DNA of 64,000 nucleotides. It comes from Candidatus Aminicenantes bacterium. GTDB taxonomy: Bacteria > Acidobacteriota > Aminicenantia > Aminicenantales > JAFGBC01. The position numbers and the translations under genes were made by a program. The notes beneath the pieces are model-generated. The model was not told the origin of the DNA, ran no database searches, and saw only the letters and a list, made by a program, of their open reading frames with translations. Numbering within the stretch: the stretch's first letter is position 1; each line of letters begins with the position of its first letter. The DNA lies in contig OY969696.1 of NCBI GenBank assembly GCA_963702005.1, positions 4,064,001 through 4,128,000 of the forward strand, given 5' to 3'. This document shows, one piece after another, positions 56,964 through 64,000 of this stretch.

Positions 56964-58878
56964 ATGTGCGGCATCTGTGGGATCGTCAAGCCCCGGCGCG
57001 GCGAGCCGGTGTCCGAGGAATTGCTGGCCGCACTGTGCCGGACCATCGTCCACCGCGGCCCCGACGACCAGGGGTTGTTCGTCGAGGGGCAGGTCGGGTT
57101 CGGGACGCGCCGGCTCAGCATCATCGACCTCGTCAGCGGCCACCAGCCCCTTTCGAACGAAGACGGCTCGGTTTGGGTCGCTTACAACGGCGAAATCTAC
57201 AACTTCGCGGACCTTCGCCAGGAACTCATCGGCCGCGGCCACGCCTTTCGGACCAAGAGCGACACCGAGACGATCGCCCACGGCTACGAGGAATGGGGCG
57301 ACGCCTGCGTCGAGCGCTTCCGGGGCATGTTCGTGTTCGCGGTCTGGGACCGGGCCAAGGGGCGGGTCTTGATCGGCCGGGACCGGCTGGGGATCAAGCC
57401 CCTCTATTACACCCTTCTCGAGGACCGGACCCTCGTCTTCGGCTCCGAGCTCAAGGCCGTCATCGCCCACCCCGGCGTCCGGCGCCGGCTTAATCCTGCG
57501 GCCCTCGACCTGTACCTGACCCTTGAGTACATCCCGGCCCCCCATTCGATCTTCGAAGGGATCTTCAAGCTGCCGGCCGGGCACACCCTCGCCTACAAGG
57601 ACGGCGAGGTCGAGGTCCAAAAATACTGGGACATCGAGACGGCGGCGGCCGGGCCGGGAAGCGGCGGCACGGACCGGGGGAAACCGCCCCGCCTCGAGGA
57701 GGCCATGGACCGCCTCTACGATCTTCTCAAGGAATCGGTCAAGCTGCGCCTCATCAGCGACGTCCCGCTCGGCGCCTTCCTGAGCGGCGGGATCGATTCC
57801 TCGACCATCGTCGGATTGATGCGGGAGCTGGGCGCCTCGCCCCTAAAGACCTTCTCGATCGGGTTCAAGGACCAGTCCTACAACGAGCTCGAGTACGCGC
57901 GGGCGATCGCCAAGCGGTTCGAGACCGACCACGAGGAGATCATCCTCGAGCCCAAGGCCCTCGAATTAACCGAAAAACTCATCCGCCACCTCGACGAGCC
58001 GTTCGGCGATTTCTCGATCTTCCCGACCTTTCTTGTCTCCGCCATGGCGCGGGCCAAGGTCACGGTCGCCCTGTCCGGGGACGGCGGGGACGAGGTCTTC
58101 GGCGGCTACGAGCATTACCAGGCCCAGAAGCTCGCCCGGCTGCCGCTGGCCGCGGCCGGGGCGATGCTGGCCGGGCCCTTCGTCAGGAGGCTCCGGCCCG
58201 CGCCCGAGAAAAAGGGAGCCAAGAACAAGCTCCGCAGGTTCGTGGCGGGCTTCGGACACGCTGCGGGAACCGGGCATCTCCGCTGGATGATGTTCCAGTC
58301 GCCGCGGACCAAAGCCCGGCTCTACACGCCGGCCCTGCGGGCCGAGCTGGCCGGAAGCGGGGATATCCGCGGCCGGGAGCCTCTCGCCTCGCTCTTCGGA
58401 CGGCTGGGCGGATTCGACCGGATCAACCGTGAGCTTTACTTGGATCTCAAGACCTATCTCCCCGACGACATCCTGGTCAAGGTCGACCGGATGAGCATGG
58501 CCGTCTCGCTCGAAGCCCGCGTCCCGCTCCTCGACCACAAGGTCGTCGAATACGCCTTCAGCCTGCCCGGAACCTGGAAGGTCCGCGGCCTGACCACGAA
58601 ATGGCTCTTCAAGAAGACGGTCGAAGAGGCTCCTCCCCAAAGAAAACATCTATAAGAAAAAGGAAGGCTTCTCCATCCCCATCAAGCATTGGCTGACGAA
58701 GGAGCTCAAGGAGCTGATGCTGGAAACCCTCTCCGAGGACAGGATCCGGGAGGGCGGGCTGTTCGAGTACCCGGCGGTGCGGCGGATGATCGGCCTCCAT
58801 CTCCAGGGCAAGGAAAACTACAGCCACCAGCTCTGGTCGCTCCTGGTCTTCGAGCTCTGGCGCGGCAAATACCTGTGA
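56964..58878 (+). pseudogene. asnB: Asparagine synthase (glutamine-hydrolysing) family amidotransferase with +1 frameshift near 58625
   Basis: MCGICG, HRGPD, LSGGIDS, SGDGGDE; conserved C-terminus (RLLPKENIYKKKEGFSIP...LWSLLVFELW) continues in another frame to TGA 58878. Confidence 0.85.
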
Positions 58879-58900
58879 AAATCAAGATCTGCTTCAGCGC

Positions 58901-58980
58901 GGATTGGGGTCAAACCTACACTTTGTCACTAAGTGCAAATTGCTTTCTTACACTATTTGCCAAAGTGCAAGTTTGATCCC
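58901..58980. repeat. GGGGTCAAACCTACACTTT-family palindrome
   Basis: 58899-58942 identical to 62259-62302; right arm decayed. Confidence 0.88.
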
Positions 58981-59173
58981 GTTCCGAGTCAGCGCGTCTC
59001 TCTACATGAGGTACGAATCTGCCTCGGCATCTATTTCAACCGGGCCCAGGCGTCTCTTTGTCTCTCCGAGGAGGCTGCAAGTGTGCGTAAAGCAGCCCAT
59101 GCAGCTTTTAAAGCCCTTGGCCTCGCTTTCCTGTAAAAAACAAGCCGTCCACAATCCCATGAAGATCCTCCCA

Positions 59174-61969
59174 TCATCTAATAAATTTAAACCAATTGAA
59201 ATTATTGTCTTCGTTCCACTCCGTCACGGTGTGAGCTGTATCCACCCACGCATAGATATAATAGGTTACTCCGGGAGTAAAAATCCCAAGAGCGTATGTA
59301 GCCGACAGGACAGGAGAGGATTCTCCCGCAGCCAAGGCAGGGACATCAAGTACTGAATCAATATTCCCTGAAAGGAATAGAATCTTTGAGCTGGCTGCCG
59401 CGGCGGGCCCGTTATTGGTCACTACAGCATCTAACTGGACCAGATCCATAAACATGATCCTCACTCTCTTGTAACTGAACGATGACACCACCAAGTCCGG
59501 AAGCGGCCATACTCTCCAGCCATAGACAGACGCTAAGTTGTTGGTTTCGTCCGACTCCGCAACTTCATTATTGACGTCCGCTTTCGCACTGAGAGAATAT
59601 ATTCCGGCCCACAATTGCCCTACCTCATGCGTCACGGTCGAAGTCTGGCCAGCTGCAAGCACGGGAATGCTATGCATCGTGGTATAACCAGCCGCTAACA
59701 AACTCATGGTTGAGGCGCCAGCGGTTGAGACCCCCACATTCTGGACCACGACGGTAACCGAGTTGTAGTCCGCCATCGTCGGGGTCGCCGGGCTGTGCGT
59801 CAGGCTATGAATGATTAGGTCCGGCGGCCTGACCACCACGAAGGGGTGCGTCATTCCATTGTTCAATTCGTTCGACTCGGCTACTGCGTTGTTGACGTCC
59901 GCCTGCGCCGTTACGGCATAACTCGCAGCCGCCATGGTCCCCATAGTCCGAGCCACGGCCGAGCGAGCGCCCGCCGCAAGGGCGGGAATAACGTGGGTCG
60001 TAGGAGCTGACTCCCAGTCTCCCTTCAGGCTCAGGGTCGAGGCCCCGGCCTGTGCCGTGCCCACATTCTTAACCACGGCGGTCACCGTGATCGTATCCAA
60101 TGTCGTCGGGCTCGCCGGGGAGGATCCCAAGCTGAACACGATCAGATCCGGCGGGGCGGCAACCAGGAAGCTATCCTCCCGGGAGTTGTTCGTTTCGCGC
60201 GACTCCGTGATAACGTTGTCATCGTCAGCCCACGCCGTTGCGACATAGGTCGCGGCCGCCAAAGGCCCCACGGTCCGAGTTACGGCCGCGGTCGCGCCCA
60301 CCGCAAGCGATGGAATATCATGAGTCGTATCAGCTGAGGCGATCCTCAGACGTAGGGTTGAGGCGCCGGCCTGAGCCGCGCCCACATTCTTAACCACGGC
60401 GGTCACCGTGATCGAATTCAAGGTCGTCGGGCTCGTCGGGCTGTGCGTCACGCTGTCCACGATCAGGTCTGGTAGTGCGGCGCTGGTGATTTGGAATGGC
60501 GGGCTGTCCTCATAGACCTTGCCGTCCGTCGAGTTCGAGATTCGAACCATGTAATCCGTTCCGTCCGCCAGGCCGGCCGGGACCATCCATGAATATGCCC
60601 CCGCGCCGGCGCTCGTTTCCGCGACGATCGGTTTGATCAGAGTGGACCCCTTATACAAATCTATTTTCACGTTATCGATAGCCGGGACATCCGTCGAGGA
60701 CGCCACATGGATTTGACCGGCGAGGCCCTCGGGGATCTTCCATTTGATCTTCTCCGTCGTGCCCATGACCCAGACCGAGGAGGCGTTCGGTAAAATTATG
60801 GAGATCGGACTCATATCCGGCTTCTTATGCATGATGTAAATTTCATTGTTGCCCGGGGTCAGATCCTGCCAGACGACGAAGATTTGTGAGCCCCCGACCC
60901 CCAGGAATTGGCCGCGGGAAGTGCTGGAATTATTCGTGAGCCTTTCGATTTCCCGCCAGGCGCCTCCCCCGTTCGTCGACTGCCGATGGTAGATCTCCAT
61001 GTTTCCCGGCGTGTCGTCGTTCCAGACGACATCGAGGCTTGAGTCATTGACGGCCAGGGCCGGAGCCTCGGAGCGGCCTGAATTATTGGTGAGCCTCAAA
61101 CCGGGTTGCCAGGTGGCTCCTTGATCGGCGGATTCCCGGAAATAGATCTCAGGATTCCCCGGCGTGGCGTCGCTCCAGGCGATATAGACCGTTGAGCCCA
61201 TGGCGGCGACGGCCGGAGAATTGGAGGAACCCGAATTCGTGGTGAGTCTCTTGGGAGCTTCCCAGGCGGCGCCTCCGCTCGTCGATTTCCTGAAGTAGAT
61301 CTCGTTGTTTCCGGCCGTGTTCTCTTCCCAGGCGACATAGACGCCCGAGTCGGCGGCGGCGACGGCCGGGTTTTTGGCGTCGGCAGACCCCGTATTCCCG
61401 GAGAGCGTTTTAGCGGCCTGCCAACCGGCTCCTCGGTCGGCGGATTTCGTCAAGGCGACCCCGCAATTTCCTCCCTTGGCGCTCTCGTCATTCTGCCAGG
61501 CCACATAGATATTCGCGCCGACGACGGCGATGGCCGGCTTTCCCGCTTTCGCCGTCTTATTTTCCGTCAGGGCGCGTGCGGCCTTCCAGTGATTTCCTCC
61601 ATCCTGGGACTTCATGAAATAGATCTGGGCGATCCCCGGCGTCGAATCCTCCCAGACGACATAGACGTTCAAGCCGTCGACGGCTATCGCCGGAGACTCG
61701 GAGTCACCGACATTGGTGGTGAGTCTTTGCGCCGCTTGCCAGCCGACTCCCCCATCGGCCGATTTCCGGAAGTAGATTTCGCCATTTCCCGGCGTATCGT
61801 CCGTCCATACGACGTAGACCTCCGAGCCGCTGACCGCGATTTTGGGATTCCCCGAGTCGCCCGAGGTCGTCGTAAGCCTCTTGGTAATCCAGCCCGCTCC
61901 ATAGGCAATCCCCGAGGACAGGAGCAGGACAATCAGGCCCCCCATGAGGATCATTCTCAACGGCTTCAT
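59174..61969 (-). CDS. Secreted protein: BNR/Asp-box propeller, Ig-like domain and four CARDB domains
   Basis: Repeated SxDGGxxW and EIYFRKS; repeated PDLIV...VKNVG...ESNExNN. Confidence 0.88.
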   Translation of the reverse strand: MKPLRMILMGGLIVLLLSSGIAYGAGWITKRLTTTSGDSGNPKIAVSGSEVYVVWTDDTPGNGEIYFRKSADGGVGWQAAQRLTTNVGDSESPAIAVDGLNVYVVWEDSTPGIAQIYFMKSQDGGNHWKAARALTENKTAKAGKPAIAVVGANIYVAWQNDESAKGGNCGVALTKSADRGAGWQAAKTLSGNTGSADAKNPAVAAADSGVYVAWEENTAGNNEIYFRKSTSGGAAWEAPKRLTTNSGSSNSPAVAAMGSTVYIAWSDATPGNPEIYFRESADQGATWQPGLRLTNNSGRSEAPALAVNDSSLDVVWNDDTPGNMEIYHRQSTNGGGAWREIERLTNNSSTSRGQFLGVGGSQIFVVWQDLTPGNNEIYIMHKKPDMSPISIILPNASSVWVMGTTEKIKWKIPEGLAGQIHVASSTDVPAIDNVKIDLYKGSTLIKPIVAETSAGAGAYSWMVPAGLADGTDYMVRISNSTDGKVYEDSPPFQITSAALPDLIVDSVTHSPTSPTTLNSITVTAVVKNVGAAQAGASTLRLRIASADTTHDIPSLAVGATAAVTRTVGPLAAATYVATAWADDDNVITESRETNNSREDSFLVAAPPDLIVFSLGSSPASPTTLDTITVTAVVKNVGTAQAGASTLSLKGDWESAPTTHVIPALAAGARSAVARTMGTMAAASYAVTAQADVNNAVAESNELNNGMTHPFVVVRPPDLIIHSLTHSPATPTMADYNSVTVVVQNVGVSTAGASTMSLLAAGYTTMHSIPVLAAGQTSTVTHEVGQLWAGIYSLSAKADVNNEVAESDETNNLASVYGWRVWPLPDLVVSSFSYKRVRIMFMDLVQLDAVVTNNGPAAAASSKILFLSGNIDSVLDVPALAAGESSPVLSATYALGIFTPGVTYYIYAWVDTAHTVTEWNEDNNFNWFKFIR

Positions 61970-62139
61970 CGTCCCCTCCTTATTTGAAGAAAATTGGCGT
62001 GATTCAATTCCTCAGGACCTTTGTTGATCAACACTAAATCACGCCTAGCGGGTCGGTTTGAAACAGAAGTATTTGCTTTTTCCGAGACGTGACGGATTCC
62101 GCCTCTCGGCGCTGAATGGCCCCTCCTCCTTAGGTCTTT

Positions 62140-62169
62140 ATTGTATCGTCATCATCGAGGCGATGTCAA
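62140..62169 (-). promoter_or_regulatory. sigma70-type promoter for CARDB gene 1
   Basis: TTGACA-18 nt-TACAAT on the minus strand. Confidence 0.55.
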
Positions 62170-62260
62170 TCGCCGCGATGACGGCAATGTCAATAGCCGT
62201 TAAAACCGCGTTACATCCCCGCCTTGCGGCCGGCTTCGACCCTGCGGACCGTCTCGGTGC

Positions 62261-62345
62261 GGATTGGGGTCAAACCTACACTTTGTCACTAAGTGCAAAT
62301 TGTCATTTTGTACTTTTTGCCAAAGTGTAGGTTTGACCCCAATCC
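62261..62345. repeat. GGGGTCAAACCTACACTTT-family palindrome with perfect 25-bp arms
   Basis: GGATTGGGGTCAAACCTACACTTTG (62261-62285) and exact reverse complement (62321-62345). Confidence 0.92.
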
Positions 62346-62382
62346 TACGCAGATCTGTTCCTTATCCGTAGAAGGACGATCC

Positions 62383-64000
62383 TCATCTGATATATGTCAT
62401 TGTGGCCGTATTGTTAGCATAGTTCCATTCGAGCACTCCGTGCGAATACAAGGTGAAAGTCCAAGTTCCGGCCTCCATTTGGGAAAGAAGCCTAACATTA
62501 TAATAAAAGACATAGGACTCGCCTGCCGCCAAGGGATCGATCATATAGCTTCCCCCCCATCCCGATCCTCCAGGGGAATAGACCATCCAATCGAGCCATG
62601 ACGAGGGGGCGTTCCCCGGCCCGTTATTGGTTACCACCCGTTTTACTCGGAAATACTTTAATCCAGGGATACCGATTATATCGTAGCTCAGCGATACCAC
62701 CAAGTCCGGAGACGGCGATACGATCCAGCCGTAGAGAATGTCTGTATTGTTGATTTCGTTCGACTCCGCAACTACGTTAGCGACGTCCGCTTTCGCTGAG
62801 ATCGAGTACGTGCCGGCCCACAACTGCCCTACGTTCCAATTCACGGTCGACGTTGCGCCAGCCGCGAGGGCGGGGACGCTATGCGATGTGGTAATGCCAG
62901 CTACACTTAAACTCAAAGTTGAGGCACCGGCGGTTGACCCCCCCGCATTCTTGACCACGGCGGTGACCGTGTTCTTATCCGCCATCGTCGCGTTCGCCGG
63001 GCTGTGCGTCAGGCTTTGAATAATTAAATCCGGCGGCACGATCACTAAGAAGCTGTCGGTCTTCACGTTGTTCGTCTCATTCGATTCGGCCACCGCGCCG
63101 TTGACGTCCGCCTGCGCCGTAACGACATAACTCGCGGCCGCCAAAGGCCCCACGGTCCGAGTTACGGTCGAGGTAGCGCCCACCGCAAGCGCGGGAATAG
63201 CGTGGGTCGTAGGAGTTGACTCCCAGCCGCCCTTCAGGCTCAGGGTCGAGGCCCCGGCCTGAGCCGCGCCCACATTCTTAACCACGGCGGTCACCGTGAT
63301 CGTATTCAGCGTCGTCGGACTCGCCGGACTGTGCGTCAAGCTATACACGATCAGGTCCGGCCCGGTCACCACGAAGCTGTCCTCCAGGGAGTTGTTCGTC
63401 TCGCGCGACTCCGCGATAACGTTGTTATCGTCAGCCCACGCCGTTGCGACATAGGTCGCGGCCGCCAAAGACCCCACGGTCCGAGTCACGGTCGCGGTCG
63501 CGCCCACCGCAAGCGCGGGAATAGCGTGGGTCGTGTCAGCTGAGGCGACCCTCAGACGTAGGGTTGAGGCGCCGGCCTGAGCCGCACCCACATTCTTAAC
63601 CACGGCGGTCACCGTGATCGTATTCAAGTTCGTCGGGTTCGCCGGGCTGTGCGTCAGGCTGTACACGATCAGGTCCGGGAGTGCGGCGGTGGCGATTTGG
63701 AATGGCGGGCTGTCCTCATAGACCTTGCCGTCCGTCGAGCTCGAGATTCGAACCATGTAATCCGTTCCGTCCGCCAGGCCGGCCGGGACCATCCATGAAT
63801 ATGCCCCCGCGCCGGCGCTAGTTTCCGCGACGATCGGTTTGATCAGAGTGGACCCCTTATACAAATCTATTTTCACTTTATCGATTTTGAGAAGATCCGC
63901 CAAAGACGCGGCCCCCGCCGTTTGACCGGCGATGCCCTCGGGGATCTGCCATTTGATCTTCTCCGTCGTGCCCATGACCCAGACCGAGGAGGCGTTCGGT
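62383..64000 (-). CDS. Paralogous CARDB-repeat protein, 5' end outside the window
   Basis: Frame open to window edge (PNASSVWVMGTTEK, as in paralogue); four CARDB domains. Confidence 0.88.
   Translation of the reverse strand, partial: PNASSVWVMGTTEKIKWQIPEGIAGQTAGAASLADLLKIDKVKIDLYKGSTLIKPIVAETSAGAGAYSWMVPAGLADGTDYMVRISSSTDGKVYEDSPPFQIATAALPDLIVYSLTHSPANPTNLNTITVTAVVKNVGAAQAGASTLRLRVASADTTHAIPALAVGATATVTRTVGSLAAATYVATAWADDNNVIAESRETNNSLEDSFVVTGPDLIVYSLTHSPASPTTLNTITVTAVVKNVGAAQAGASTLSLKGGWESTPTTHAIPALAVGATSTVTRTVGPLAAASYVVTAQADVNGAVAESNETNNVKTDSFLVIVPPDLIIQSLTHSPANATMADKNTVTAVVKNAGGSTAGASTLSLSVAGITTSHSVPALAAGATSTVNWNVGQLWAGTYSISAKADVANVVAESNEINNTDILYGWIVSPSPDLVVSLSYDIIGIPGLKYFRVKRVVTNNGPGNAPSSWLDWMVYSPGGSGWGGSYMIDPLAAGESYVFYYNVRLLSQMEAGTWTFTLYSHGVLEWNYANNTATMTYIR

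Noticed and set aside
58933-59136. Short plus-strand ORFs beginning inside the palindrome (also 62058-62601)
   Set aside because: Starts lie in or run through repeat sequence with no SD; at best gene remnants
59174-64000. Diversity-generating retroelement as the cause of CARDB tip variation
   Set aside because: No reverse transcriptase or template repeat in the window; differences include indels and are not adenine-restricted
1-64000. CRISPR array, tRNA or rRNA
   Set aside because: No regularly spaced repeat-spacer run; no cloverleaf or rRNA signature recognised; repeats are dispersed palindromes

Overview
GC-rich bacterial chromosomal segment. The gene content (secreted amidohydrolases, S41/S9/M20/M64 peptidases, a 6-bladed propeller, class III RNR) suggests an anaerobic peptide fermenter such as Aminicenantes; this is an inference. 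About 50 CDSs are supported, including nrdD-glutaredoxin-nrdG-dut under NrdR boxes, a sugar ABC transporter with a GHMP kinase, a pilH/I/G-like cluster with pilD, a frameshifted asnB, an AbiE type IV TA pair, an AT-rich orphan gene and two tandem CARDB paralogues. The strongest signals are non-coding. (1) An intact IS1111-type IS110 element (12348-13642) has a downstream non-coding region in which target, donor and handshake guides of a bridge/seek RNA can be read against its own junctions. (2) An unclassified DDE IS is inserted with a 5-bp duplication into the end of a REP-like element. (3) Several families of intergenic palindromes are present. (4) An orphan promoter fires into a predicted pseudoknotted small RNA at about 39814. 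(5) Several genes appear to be leaderless. No CRISPR array, rRNA or tRNA was recognised.
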